Made by a program: the position numbers and the translations under genes. The notes beneath the pieces are model-generated. The model was not told the origin of the DNA and made no database searches. It saw nothing but the letters and a program-made list of their open reading frames with translations. A stretch of 64,000 bases of DNA from a virus (Duplodnaviria > Caudoviricetes). This document shows positions 31,660 through 41,500 of this stretch, in pieces (position 1 is the first letter of the stretch; every line of letters begins with the position of its first letter). The DNA is taken from IMG/VR virus record IMGVR_UViG_2880152234_000004, positions 77,871 to 141,870 of that record; one strand, given 5' to 3'.

Positions 31660-33744
31660 TTGAGCGATAATTTAATTCCTGTAAATACTATGGGTTACTA
31701 TGATGAAGAAGCCCAAAAATGGATACCTTTAGATGCAGTAGGTTTAAAATCAAATGACAATAGATACACTGCAGATGATATTCGCAGTAAATTTGATGAA
31801 TTTAAAAAGAGCACAGACACATTACGAACAGAGCTTGAAAGCATTGGTGTTAGCATTGCCAAGTTCGGTGCTAAAGGTGATGGAGTAACAGATGATACAG
31901 ATGCATTTCAAAAAGCTTTAGATATAGGCGGAAAGGTAATTATCCCATCTGGAACATATCTAGTTGGTCAGCTAAAGATAAACAGCAACACTCACTTCTT
32001 TGGTCTAGGAAAAACAACAATTAAGCACAACCTATCAACCGGTTGGTCTTCCCCATTTCCACGTGCGATGATTGCAAATTCTAACTTACCTGCATATAAA
32101 AAACCAAATGATGCTACCAGAGAATATAAAACTGGCTTAAATAAAAATATAATCTTAGAGAACATAACTTTTGATGGTCAGAATCATCCAATCTACGGTA
32201 TACAGATGGTCGCTGCTGATTATGTGTCCATTATAAATTGTGATGTTATCAATACATCTGGAGGTTTAGATTTCCGAGCTGTTAGAGATTCATATGTCAA
32301 CTTACATTTAGATAACGTTAAAGAAGACGGCATTTCAATTTCAGATCAGAATTTTAAGCCTTTAACTGGAGAAAGAGGTATTTCTACTCGGGTACTTTTC
32401 GAAAAATGTCTAGTTGAAAACTCATGTCTTGTTAATTCTGACACTCCACCGGATGCAAACGCATATGAATTCGATGATGGCATGTCTCACATCTACCTCT
32501 TAAATTGTGGAGCTATAAATAATCATGGATCAGGATTTGAAGTTCACGTTCATACTTCAGAATATGATGTTACAGATATCCACTTCATAAACTGCTTCGC
32601 AATCAATAATACCCCATCAGCCGGTGTGACACGAACAGTTGCTGGCTTCCACCTTGGTCAAACCCCTCTCGAAAGTAAATTAGGCCGTATTTATTTTGAA
32701 AATTGCACATCAATTGGAAGTCCAAATGCTTTTGCTGGAAGCCCCGGTTCTCAAGAAGGAACTAAAGATGAAATTTTTATACATGGTGGATATTGGGAAG
32801 CCGGAAACTTTTACGAAAAAGAAGTAAGAGATATGCGTAAAACCGCTATGTTATTGAAGAAACAATTTAATAACTTTGTCATTAAAAACGCTACGATTAA
32901 AGCTCCCAAAGACGGATTTGGCATCTATACATATTTAGAAGGTAAAGATTTAACTGTTACTGGGAACAGTTTTAAAGATACCTATATAGCTGCAAGGTTA
33001 GGTCATTATGAAGGAGACGTTGTTTTTAGTGATAATCGAGTAGAACCAGGTGAACATACAACAAGCCCTTACTCTGCTTTTGTTTACGTTAATACTAAAA
33101 CGGCGATCATTAAAGATAACATCCTTAGAATGAATTCAAATGATTACTCTTCTTCAATAGTTAGAATAAACGGTGTAAAACGAAGCATCATTTCGGGCAA
33201 TACAATTGAAAACACAGGTGCGCTCTATAATAATGCTATTCAGGTTGATGGTGTAGGAGAAACAATAGTTGAAAAGAACATAGCAACTAATTTTGAAACA
33301 GGCGTATTTATGTCTAACGAATCTGATTCAGTGATCATAGCAAATAACAGTTTCAAAACATGTACTCGAATCACAAACAGAACAGATGCAAGTTTTTTGA
33401 TTCTTGGTCAAAATGCTGGTGCTACGATAAATAACCCAGGATGGATTAACGCCCAATTAGAAAATGGTTGGCAATCTTTTAGAACCCCTCGCTACACTAA
33501 AAACGGAAACATTGTCACTATTTCGGGAGCAGTTAAATCTGGATCTGCTGGTACCGCAATATTTACTCTACCCGAAGAATATAGACCTACATATGCAGTA
33601 ACATACACACAATACAATAGTGGAACATCAACCAAAAGTGTTGTTATGACAATTAACAACACAGGTACGGTTGTACTCTCTACCTCAATACCAGGAGCTA
33701 ATACTGATTATGTTTTATTAGATATAACTTATACCTTAGGGTAA
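31660..33744 (+). CDS. Tail spike / beta-helix depolymerase (YomE position, divergent)
   Basis: FGAKGDGVTDDT.AFQ.A pectate-lyase-3 motif, parallel beta-helix repeats, C-terminal FTLPEEYRP domain. Confidence 0.85.
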   Translation: MSDNLIPVNTMGYYDEEAQKWIPLDAVGLKSNDNRYTADDIRSKFDEFKKSTDTLRTELESIGVSIAKFGAKGDGVTDDTDAFQKALDIGGKVIIPSGTYLVGQLKINSNTHFFGLGKTTIKHNLSTGWSSPFPRAMIANSNLPAYKKPNDATREYKTGLNKNIILENITFDGQNHPIYGIQMVAADYVSIINCDVINTSGGLDFRAVRDSYVNLHLDNVKEDGISISDQNFKPLTGERGISTRVLFEKCLVENSCLVNSDTPPDANAYEFDDGMSHIYLLNCGAINNHGSGFEVHVHTSEYDVTDIHFINCFAINNTPSAGVTRTVAGFHLGQTPLESKLGRIYFENCTSIGSPNAFAGSPGSQEGTKDEIFIHGGYWEAGNFYEKEVRDMRKTAMLLKKQFNNFVIKNATIKAPKDGFGIYTYLEGKDLTVTGNSFKDTYIAARLGHYEGDVVFSDNRVEPGEHTTSPYSAFVYVNTKTAIIKDNILRMNSNDYSSSIVRINGVKRSIISGNTIENTGALYNNAIQVDGVGETIVEKNIATNFETGVFMSNESDSVIIANNSFKTCTRITNRTDASFLILGQNAGATINNPGWINAQLENGWQSFRTPRYTKNGNIVTISGAVKSGSAGTAIFTLPEEYRPTYAVTYTQYNSGTSTKSVVMTINNTGTVVLSTSIPGANTDYVLLDITYTLG

Positions 33745-33751
33745 TAAATAG

Positions 33752-33804
33752 AAGGTAGTCCATGATGTGGACTACTTTACTTTTAATTCCATTGGGAATA
33801 TAAT
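33752..33804 (+). promoter_or_regulatory. Terminator-like hairpin overlapping a sigma-A promoter (TTTACT-17-TATAAT)
   Basis: Stem 33752-33762/33768-33778; -35 33776-33781, -10 33799-33804. Confidence 0.6.
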
Positions 33805-33878
33805 GTTAAATGAATAATTTGGTAATATCATAGACTGTAATACTTATTATTTAATTGAAACTTTTGGAGGAATACATA

Positions 33879-35522
33879 ATGGCATTGAAGAGTCTACTCT
33901 CTTTTAAAAATAAACTTGAAACCAATGTCAGCAACATTGAGTCAGAAATGACCATGTACAATGAAATGATTGAAGGCATAGATGAAATCGAAACTGAAGA
34001 CGGCGCTCAACAAAAAATTGATGCACATAAAAACGAAGACGGATTACATGTTACAAGTTTAGACAGAGAAAAATGGAATTCAGCATATCAAACATCTACG
34101 GAAGCAAAAGATACAATTGATCAATTAAGTTTATCTAATGCTCAATCAAGGCTCACACTTTTAAGTGCATATGATGATATTGAAGCATATCATCCAAAGG
34201 TAGTTGGTTTTAAGGAAAGATGGAATGGCTACCTTTATTGGATGGCTTTCACTCCATATCCTAAAGGAGCTCAAGCAAAAGAGAATCCTCATATTTTAGT
34301 GAGTGACGACATGATTAATTGGTCTGAACCTAACGGATTTAAGAACCCTCTTGAACCGCAGCCTAATGGAAGTGCAGATAAACAATATAATTCAGATACT
34401 CATATGGTCTATAATGACCAATTAAATAGATTAGAGGTCTATTGGCGATTTGTAGATGAAGATGCCAAAACCGTGACGATTTTTAGAAAAGTCACAACAG
34501 ATGGAAAGACATGGAGTGATAAAGAGGTTGCAATTACTGGAATTAGAAGTGATCGAGACTATATAAGTCCTGCAATTATCTTTGAGGATAATAAATACAA
34601 GATGTGGTGCGTTAGTAATGGATACAAAGTAATTTACTCTGAGAGTGCTACAGGAACAGAGTGGGATGAGTTTAAGGATATTTGTATACCAATGGATATA
34701 CCAATGAATCTATGGCATCTTGATGTTATCCATACAGATGTTGGGTATGAGATGGTCGTTACGGCCTTTGTAACTGGCCAAGACAGAAATACAATGACTC
34801 TTTACCATTCAGTATCGGTTGACAATGTAACATGGTCTTTGGCAAAACCTATACTTAAGCCATCTAACAAGGAATTTGCATGGGATAATCAAGGTATTTA
34901 TAGAGCTTGCCTAATGAAAATGAATGGCGTGTACTTCCTTTATTACTGTGGGTCAAGCAAAAAGTGGGATCGTGGTACAGGTTTAAGCTTTGGGACAGAT
35001 GTTTATAAACTAAAAGGGTTAGACAAAAACGATGTCCACATCCTACAAAATGTCAGATCCATTAATATGATTTATAATGCTTTCCTAAGGAACTATGGAT
35101 TACAAATAGCAGCACTTCAGCCGGACAATTCAATTTGGAAAGCATGTTTGCGTTTCAGTGGCGCAAATGAAGTGAAATTCGTTAATGATTTTAATGAAAA
35201 CATTTTAATCAATTTAGCTGTTGATGCATTGAGAACATCTAATGGAATTAAGTTCATTGGAAAATCAGCTTATTACAATTCTAATGAATTTAAAGTGTAT
35301 GAACCAGGTAAGGCTAGTATTGTTGGAATCGGTGCTGCTGATTTCTTAAGACCCAAGAGAGTAAATGATCCAACAAAGTCTGGAGGTCTAGAAATATCTT
35401 CAGTTGTCTTTGAGGATAACGGGGTTTGGGATGGAACTGAACGTGAAGGTGCAATTAGATATGACAGTACCCGGAAAAAACACGTGGGGTTCGATGGTAT
35501 TGAATGGCATGATCTATATTAA
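33879..35522 (+). CDS. Beta-propeller glycoside-hydrolase-like protein with fibre-like N-terminus
   Basis: HPKVV..WNGY.YWMAFTPYP, ENP, S.D...W repeats (SDDMINW, TDGKTW, SVDNVTW); GGAGG RBS before ATG 33879. Confidence 0.65.
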   Translation: MALKSLLSFKNKLETNVSNIESEMTMYNEMIEGIDEIETEDGAQQKIDAHKNEDGLHVTSLDREKWNSAYQTSTEAKDTIDQLSLSNAQSRLTLLSAYDDIEAYHPKVVGFKERWNGYLYWMAFTPYPKGAQAKENPHILVSDDMINWSEPNGFKNPLEPQPNGSADKQYNSDTHMVYNDQLNRLEVYWRFVDEDAKTVTIFRKVTTDGKTWSDKEVAITGIRSDRDYISPAIIFEDNKYKMWCVSNGYKVIYSESATGTEWDEFKDICIPMDIPMNLWHLDVIHTDVGYEMVVTAFVTGQDRNTMTLYHSVSVDNVTWSLAKPILKPSNKEFAWDNQGIYRACLMKMNGVYFLYYCGSSKKWDRGTGLSFGTDVYKLKGLDKNDVHILQNVRSINMIYNAFLRNYGLQIAALQPDNSIWKACLRFSGANEVKFVNDFNENILINLAVDALRTSNGIKFIGKSAYYNSNEFKVYEPGKASIVGIGAADFLRPKRVNDPTKSGGLEISSVVFEDNGVWDGTEREGAIRYDSTRKKHVGFDGIEWHDLY

Positions 35523-35526
35523 TTTT

Positions 35527-35557
35527 TAAGGCACCTTCTCTAGAGGGTGTCTTATTT
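35527..35557 (+). terminator. Hairpin after beta-propeller gene
   Basis: TAAGGCACCTT/AGGGTGTCTTA stem followed by TTT. Confidence 0.55.
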
Positions 35558-35576
35558 AATTGAGGAGGTGTTACGT

Positions 35577-35604
35577 TCTAGATAAAATATAGATTTTATT
35601 CAAA
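35577..35604. repeat. 28-bp palindromic site copy 5 (TCTAGATAAAA tataga TTTTATTCAAA)
   Basis: Left arm identical to copy 3. Confidence 0.75.
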
Positions 35605-35718
35605 ATACATACTTGAAAAACAGAGATAGTAAGAGCATACGTGAGATAAAGAGAGATTGGGTTAAGTCCCCTTCTCTCTTTTTTGTGCTCAAATTTAATT
35701 ATTAGGAGAGATGTTTTT

Positions 35719-36789
35719 ATGACAATTCAAGCGAGACAAATGTTGGTGCCATCAGGTAAATATTCAATTAAATGTCCTTATGCAATGTCGGCAAAGTATA
35801 TTACTTTTCACAATACAGCTAATGATGCATCGGCAAATAATGAAATTACATACATGAGAAACAATAATGCTGAAGTATCTTATCACTTTGCAGTGGATGA
35901 TAAAGAGGTTGTTCAAGGTATTCCAGTGAATCGAAATGCATGGCATACGGGAGATGGATCAGGTGTCAATTCCGGAAACCGTACGTCTATCGGCGTAGAG
36001 GTTTGCTACTCTAAATCTGGTGGAGAACGATACAGAAAAGCAGAAGCACTGGCAATCAAATTCATTGCACAACTACTTAAAGAACGTGGCTGGGGAGTTG
36101 AGCGAGTTAAGAAACACCAAGAGTGGTCAGGAAAATATTGTCCTCATCGTGTTTTAGATGAAGGTCGTTGGGATGAAGTTAAAAATAAAATTGCTGCCGA
36201 ACTAAAAGTTCTCGGTGGCAGATCAACTGCTCCAACAAAAACATCAATCAGACCAACTACATCCTCCCCTTCCTCTTCATCAGCAGCAAGTGGTTCACTA
36301 AAATCAAAAGTTGACGGTCTTCGCTTCTATTCAAAACCATCTTGGGAAGATAAAGATGTTGTCGGCACAGTAAATAAAGGCATTGGATTTCCTACAGTTG
36401 TTGAGAAAGTTAAAGTCGGATCTGCGTACCAATACAAAGTTAAGAACTCTAAAGGCGCTACATATTACATCACTGCTTCTGACAAATATGTTGATGTTAC
36501 AGGATCAGTTAAAACCTCTTCTCCTGCCCCAAAAACAACATCAACTTCTTCAAGCTCCTCATCTATTAAATCCGTGGGAAAAATCAAAATTGTTGGTGTA
36601 TCAAGCGCAGCAATCGTAATGGACAAACCTGATCGAAATAGTTCTAAAAATATTGGCACAGTCAAGCTTGGAAGTACTATTTTAATTTCTGGTTCAGTTA
36701 AAGGCAAAAACAATTCCAAAGGTTACTGGGAAGTTATTTATAACGGTAAACGTGGATACATCTCAGGACAGTTTGGTTCAAAAATCTAA
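35719..36789 (+). CDS. Endolysin, N-acetylmuramoyl-L-alanine amidase (Amidase_2) with BlyA-type C-terminal binding domains
   Basis: HNTAND, HFAVDD, AWHTGDG, SIGVEVC, KYCPH motifs; Ser/Thr linkers; SH3-like tail. Confidence 0.9.
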   Translation: MTIQARQMLVPSGKYSIKCPYAMSAKYITFHNTANDASANNEITYMRNNNAEVSYHFAVDDKEVVQGIPVNRNAWHTGDGSGVNSGNRTSIGVEVCYSKSGGERYRKAEALAIKFIAQLLKERGWGVERVKKHQEWSGKYCPHRVLDEGRWDEVKNKIAAELKVLGGRSTAPTKTSIRPTTSSPSSSSAASGSLKSKVDGLRFYSKPSWEDKDVVGTVNKGIGFPTVVEKVKVGSAYQYKVKNSKGATYYITASDKYVDVTGSVKTSSPAPKTTSTSSSSSSIKSVGKIKIVGVSSAAIVMDKPDRNSSKNIGTVKLGSTILISGSVKGKNNSKGYWEVIYNGKRGYISGQFGSKI

Positions 36790-36904
36790 ATATATTCAAT
36801 TATCTCGGAGGGTATTTGTTGATCTAATGTATCAGTGACTATCCTCTTAATTTTAGGAGGTGATGTAATGTCACCTTTCTATATTCATTAAAGGTTGGTG
36901 ACAA

Positions 36905-37297
36905 ATGGATAACTTTGAGCAAAGCACAATTTCAAGATTAAGTGCACTAGAAGAAAAAGCAAAACACACTAATAACAAGATTGACTCTCTTGAGGAAAGA
37001 ACAAATGTTATCGGTCGTATTGCTACGCTAGTTGAGCAACAAGTCGAAATTAATAAAGACTCTCAAGCACAATCAAGAGAACAGTTCAGTACTCTTAACG
37101 AAATGAGTAACAGTTTAAAAAATCTAAGCAAATCGTATGAAAAACTGGACAATCGAGTTGAAATATTGGAACGCTCTGATTCTACTCGTAAAATTGATCC
37201 CTCACAATTCACAAAAGACCTTGTATTCAAGGTGTTGCCAAGTGTAATTGCCACTATTGTCGGTGCATGGTTGCTCATACATTTTGGCCTCAAATAA
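36905..37297 (+). CDS. Coiled-coil plus C-terminal TM lysis accessory (XhlA/BhlA-like role)
   Basis: 130 aa; between endolysin and holin. Confidence 0.6.
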   Translation: MDNFEQSTISRLSALEEKAKHTNNKIDSLEERTNVIGRIATLVEQQVEINKDSQAQSREQFSTLNEMSNSLKNLSKSYEKLDNRVEILERSDSTRKIDPSQFTKDLVFKVLPSVIATIVGAWLLIHFGLK

Positions 37298-37317
37298 AAT
37301 TAACAGGAGACGATTAA

Positions 37318-37569
37318 ATGACTAAAATCAACTGGAAAGTAAGACTTAAAAAGAAAACATTCCTTGTTGCGATTTTCTCTGCAACACTGTTATTCACACA
37401 AGCAATTGCTTCTGCATTTGGATACGACTTGACTGTATTTGGTGACGAATTGATAGAGAAATTTAATGCACTTCTAACTTTTTTATCTGCAATGGGTATC
37501 ATTGTTGACCCAACAACTCAAGGTATTTCTGATAGTGAACAAGCCATGGGTTATGATTCACCGAGATAA
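37318..37569 (+). CDS. Holin, phi LC3 family
   Basis: KINWKVRLK...GIIVDPTTQGISDS signature. Confidence 0.9.
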   Translation: MTKINWKVRLKKKTFLVAIFSATLLFTQAIASAFGYDLTVFGDELIEKFNALLTFLSAMGIIVDPTTQGISDSEQAMGYDSPR

Positions 37570-37576
37570 AACCCCC

Positions 37577-37609
37577 TACCCTTCTCTCGATTGAGGAGGG
37601 TATTTTTTT
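37577..37609 (+). terminator. Terminator ending the late operon
   Basis: TACCCTTCTC/GAGGAGGGTA stem plus T7. Confidence 0.85.
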
Positions 37610-37723
37610 CGTTTTTTTTAAATAAAAAATTGCAGAAAACTTTACATCCTTTTACAATTTTTTCAATGACTATGTTATGATTGTTTTCGAGGGATTTTTG
37701 AAATTTCAGAAAGAGGGGTTTGT

Positions 37724-38839
37724 ATGAGTAAGATCGCTTCAGAAGTTGTCGCTACTACACTGAATGACTGGTACATTGCTATAAAAAAGCAAAAGGTTGA
37801 TGAGTCAATAAAATATTATTCAGAGATAAAGAAACTTTTTGATGAAATGGAAGAAGATCAAGAAGTTCTTGCGTATTATAGTCTATTAGAAGAAAGACAT
37901 AAAATGTTGCTGCATTCCTCACGAGGAGAACCTTTGCAAAAACACACCTATTTTACTGAAGACAATCAAAACTTCATTAAAAAAACAAATGATAAATTAG
38001 AATACAACTTTTATTTATTTGAAGCAATGTATGAGGCATACAACAAAAACTATGATCGAGCAATTAACTTATATGGATTAGCTGAGAAAAAGCTTGCAGA
38101 AATTCCGGATGAAATTGAAGCTGCTGAATTTTATTCTAAAGTCTCTTACTTATACACTCTTGTTAAACAAAGCATTGTGGCACAACACTATATAAAAAAT
38201 GCAATTTCGATATATAAGCGACACCCTGATTATAAATGCAAACTTGCTACATCAACAATGATTGCAGCTGCAAACTATGCTGATATGAAACGATTTGAGG
38301 AAGCAGAGAAATATTACTTAGAAGCAATTGATATTGCAGTAGAAACAAAAGATGAATTTTTGAAAGCTCAATTATTTCACAATCTTAGTATCGTTTATTC
38401 TGATTGGAACAAACCTGATAAATGCATTGAATCACTTGAAGAAGCAATAGGAAATGAATCTTGGGTAAATTCAATTTATTATTTAAACTCTTTATTCATG
38501 ATGATTAAAGAACTCTTTAAAATTGACGAAAAAATGAAAGCCATTAATTTTTACAATAAAGCACAGGAAAGACTCATATTAATGGAGAATAAAGTATACG
38601 AAGCCAAAATCAGCGTCCTGTATAACCTTTATTGTGGGGAATTAAAAAATAATTTCATCAATTGTATTAGTAATATTGAGTTTTTAAAACAGCAAAATGA
38701 ACTTGAAAGTGTAGATGAATTGTCCTACATAGCTGCAAAAAGGTTTGAATCAATAGGTGCTTTTGAAGAAGCAACAAGCTTTTTCAATGCGAAAATTTGG
38801 GCTGAACAGAAAATGAACCAGGTGGAGGGAATCTTATGA
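37724..38839 (+). CDS. rapK: Rap-family TPR regulator
   Basis: 371 aa near-identical to recalled B. subtilis RapK. Confidence 0.92.
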   Translation: MSKIASEVVATTLNDWYIAIKKQKVDESIKYYSEIKKLFDEMEEDQEVLAYYSLLEERHKMLLHSSRGEPLQKHTYFTEDNQNFIKKTNDKLEYNFYLFEAMYEAYNKNYDRAINLYGLAEKKLAEIPDEIEAAEFYSKVSYLYTLVKQSIVAQHYIKNAISIYKRHPDYKCKLATSTMIAAANYADMKRFEEAEKYYLEAIDIAVETKDEFLKAQLFHNLSIVYSDWNKPDKCIESLEEAIGNESWVNSIYYLNSLFMMIKELFKIDEKMKAINFYNKAQERLILMENKVYEAKISVLYNLYCGELKNNFINCISNIEFLKQQNELESVDELSYIAAKRFESIGAFEEATSFFNAKIWAEQKMNQVEGIL

Positions 38840-38958
38840 AAAAACTTGTGCTTTGCGTATCTATTTTAGCTGTAATTTTAAGTGGGGTAGCTTTAACGCA
38901 ATTGAGTACAGATTCACCATCTAACATCCAGGTAGCCGAAAGGCCTGTCGGAGGTTAA
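38836..38958 (+). CDS. phrK: Phr signalling peptide precursor (MKKLVLCVSILAVILSGVALTQLSTDSPSNIQVAERPVGG)
   Basis: 40 aa, ATGA overlap with rapK, mature ERPVG(G); missing from track. Confidence 0.92.
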   Translation: MKKLVLCVSILAVILSGVALTQLSTDSPSNIQVAERPVGG

Positions 38959-38976
38959 AAAAAAGGTTGATTAATT

Positions 38977-39006
38977 AGCCCTACTCAAACATTTGAGTGG
39001 GCTTTT
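38977..39006. terminator. Terminator between phrK and uvrX
   Basis: AGCCCTACTCAAA/TTTGAGTGGGCT plus T-run. Confidence 0.75.
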
Positions 39007-39009
39007 ATG

Positions 39010-40260
39010 TTATGATTTATGTCCACCAGTAAGGTCGGCTCTGTGAAGCGCAGTACCAGCAGATGTATAAGAAACTGCTCTCAGAATCGCTCTCGATCCA
39101 TATTTACTTCTAATCCCGTCCATTACAAATCCAAGCTTTCTTCTCTTTTCATTATCCACTTCAAATAAACTCAGCTGCTGATTAACATCTTCTTCAATAT
39201 TTGATAACGTAACTGAGATACTTCTCACTGTTTTACCCGAGTAAAACTTATGAAAGAGCATTAAGCAGCATCTATAAATATCCATTGTGATATTTGTGGG
39301 AAGATCAATTGTTTTTGCTCGATGAAATCCACCACCAAGCTCATCTTTACTGTAGCCAATTCCCAGGCTGATTGTTCGACCAACTTTATTATGTGTACGT
39401 GCCCTTCTTGCAACTTCCTCACAAATCTCCAGAAGAACAGCCTTAATCTCTTCTCTCTTTGTATAATCCCTCAGCAAAATCTGACTCTTACCAAAACTAA
39501 TCTGCCCCTGCATCAATGGAGCTCCAATTTCTGATAAATCGATTCCATGAGCATGATAATACAACTGGTTTCCCATTATTCCGAACTTCTTTTCAAGCAG
39601 CTCTAAAGGAAATTTAGCTAACTGACCTACAGTTGATATTCCCATCCGATTAAGATTTCTTTCCATTCTCCCTCCTATCCCCCACATTTTAGACAAAGGG
39701 TAAACCTTCCAGAGTTTATTTGGCACATCTTCATATCTCCAACGTGCAATACCTCTCTTTGTTTTCTTACTCTCCAGGTCAAGTGCAAGCTTACTGAGCA
39801 ACATATTGTCTCCAATGCCTACTGTGCACATCAAACCAAACTCTCTCCACATGCTGCTTTGAATTGCCTTGGCCATTTCTTCAGGATCTTCTTTTCCTGC
39901 ATCTAAAAAAGATTCATCAATTGAATAGGTATGTACACATTTTTCAGGAACAAACCTGTAAAACAGCTTTGTAATCTCAGTCGAAACTCTGATGAAAAGC
40001 TTCATTTGCGGATTTACAATGTGTATTCTTGGATCTTCAGGTATCTCAAAAAGTCTCGATCCTGTTTTGATTCCAAAATCTTTTTTAAGTGCAGGAGATG
40101 CAGCTAACACTACACTTCCCTGTCTCTCCGTATTTCCTACAACAGCAAGATAGCATGTTAAAGGATTAAGCCCCATTGTTACAGCCGATACCGAAGCATA
40201 AAAGGATTTCATGTCGACACAAGTTATATTCTTTCGTGGAAATTGTGAGTAATCAATCAT
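39010..40260 (-). CDS. uvrX: Y-family (UmuC/DinB-like) DNA polymerase
   Basis: 416 aa; CVDMKSFYAS, YSIDESFLD. Confidence 0.95.
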   Translation of the reverse strand: MIDYSQFPRKNITCVDMKSFYASVSAVTMGLNPLTCYLAVVGNTERQGSVVLAASPALKKDFGIKTGSRLFEIPEDPRIHIVNPQMKLFIRVSTEITKLFYRFVPEKCVHTYSIDESFLDAGKEDPEEMAKAIQSSMWREFGLMCTVGIGDNMLLSKLALDLESKKTKRGIARWRYEDVPNKLWKVYPLSKMWGIGGRMERNLNRMGISTVGQLAKFPLELLEKKFGIMGNQLYYHAHGIDLSEIGAPLMQGQISFGKSQILLRDYTKREEIKAVLLEICEEVARRARTHNKVGRTISLGIGYSKDELGGGFHRAKTIDLPTNITMDIYRCCLMLFHKFYSGKTVRSISVTLSNIEEDVNQQLSLFEVDNEKRRKLGFVMDGIRSKYGSRAILRAVSYTSAGTALHRADLTGGHKS

Positions 40261-40585
40261 TGTATGTAACTCCTATGATGTTATTCATGTTGACATAAAC
40301 TGTATTGTCGTTCTGGTCTTTTACGTGAAGCTTTTGTTGTTCAAAATTAATGTAATGTACTCTGCCGGTAACATTTTCAACGAATCCATTGTTAAAGAGT
40401 TTGAATTTCAACTCTTTATTAAATTCCAATGCCTCAGAGACGAGAAGATCCATCTCTTCAATTTGTTGGTCATCTAAGGATGGCTTTTCAATTTTTGATA
40501 CATCAATCAAATCTTGTTTAAGCTGTGTTAAATGTTCTGGAAGCATCATTGATGTCCATTTGATTGTTCCTCGGTCTCTAAGCAT
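40253..40585 (-). CDS. yolD: YolD-family accessory protein
   Basis: MLRDRGTIKWTSMMLPEH signature. Confidence 0.93.
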   Translation of the reverse strand: MLRDRGTIKWTSMMLPEHLTQLKQDLIDVSKIEKPSLDDQQIEEMDLLVSEALEFNKELKFKLFNNGFVENVTGRVHYINFEQQKLHVKDQNDNTVYVNMNNIIGVTYND

Positions 40586-40619
40586 ATCGACTCACTCCTT
40601 TATTAATCTAATATTAACA

Positions 40620-40661
40620 GAACAAACGTTCTTTATTCAAGAGAAACCAGAACAAAGGTTC
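40620..40661. promoter_or_regulatory. Two LexA (Cheo) boxes upstream of yolD-uvrX
   Basis: GAAC-AAAC-GTTC 40620-40631 and GAAC-AAAG-GTTC 40650-40661. Confidence 0.88.
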
Positions 40662-40757
40662 GGTGTAAATGTTGGAAATAAAATTAAAGGTCAATAATGA
40701 TATACGTAGTATTAATAAAGGAGGGATTCTTTTCCACAAAGGAGAGTGTATTGGTGA

Positions 40758-41093
40758 ATGAAGAAGAGGCTAATCGGATTTTTGATCTTAGTTCCTGCTT
40801 TGATTATGTCGGGTATTACTTTAATCGAATCAAACAAAAAAGCACCTGAAGAAGTTTTAGAAAGTGCTTGGGATGAATTTGGTTTATTTAGTTTTCAAAT
40901 TGGAATAACAGATCCGGCAATTACAATTGGCATGGATCAAACCAAAAGTGAGGCAAAGCTCCGTGAATATTTAGAACATAATCTGTCAAGAGAAGCAAAA
41001 CAAAAATATAAGATTTATGTATTCAAAGATGATATTGATAAATTGGAGAAAGAACATCGAGAGTATTTGCAAGCAAATAACCCCAATAAGTAA
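40758..41093 (+). CDS. yolC: Membrane-anchored/exported protein
   Basis: 111 aa, N-terminal TM, synteny. Confidence 0.82.
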   Translation: MKKRLIGFLILVPALIMSGITLIESNKKAPEEVLESAWDEFGLFSFQIGITDPAITIGMDQTKSEAKLREYLEHNLSREAKQKYKIYVFKDDIDKLEKEHREYLQANNPNK

Positions 41094-41134
41094 AACGCCC
41101 AGCACTTTATTAAGCTGGGCATTGTTTTCATTAT

Positions 41135-41500
41135 TTAAATTGAATTTTTATAAGCATTAATTGCTTCGTTTCGCAGCAGCATATTATTTTTGTTAACCAT
41201 ACCTAAGTTATAAGTTTTTTTGATAATATCTAATACCTGTGAATCTAATGCAGAGAGATTGCCTCCCGGATTAAATCTTGATTTCCAATAATCTAAAGAC
41301 TTATTTAGGTCAAATGAGCTTTTTTTGTTCTCAGGTTTAACTACCTCATTTTTCTCAAGTTTTTCACAGAATTTACTAAAACCAATTGATGAAGGAGTTG
41401 GGTTATTCCCTCCGTATCCTTCTGTAGCCAAACTGCAAAATGCTAAGAACTTTGGATCTTTAGTTACATCATAATTAGAAGTGCTAATCACCTGGTTCAC
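41135..41500 (-). CDS. yolB: Uncharacterised SPbeta protein
   Basis: 121 aa, coupled to yolA. Confidence 0.78.
   Translation of the reverse strand: MNQVISTSNYDVTKDPKFLAFCSLATEGYGGNNPTPSSIGFSKFCEKLEKNEVVKPENKKSSFDLNKSLDYWKSRFNPGGNLSALDSQVLDIIKKTYNLGMVNKNNMLLRNEAINAYKNSI

Noticed and set aside
37724-38958. Arbitrium (AimR/AimP) system
   Set aside because: Sequence matches RapK/PhrK; no aimX-like arrangement; arbitrium would lie in the early region outside this window
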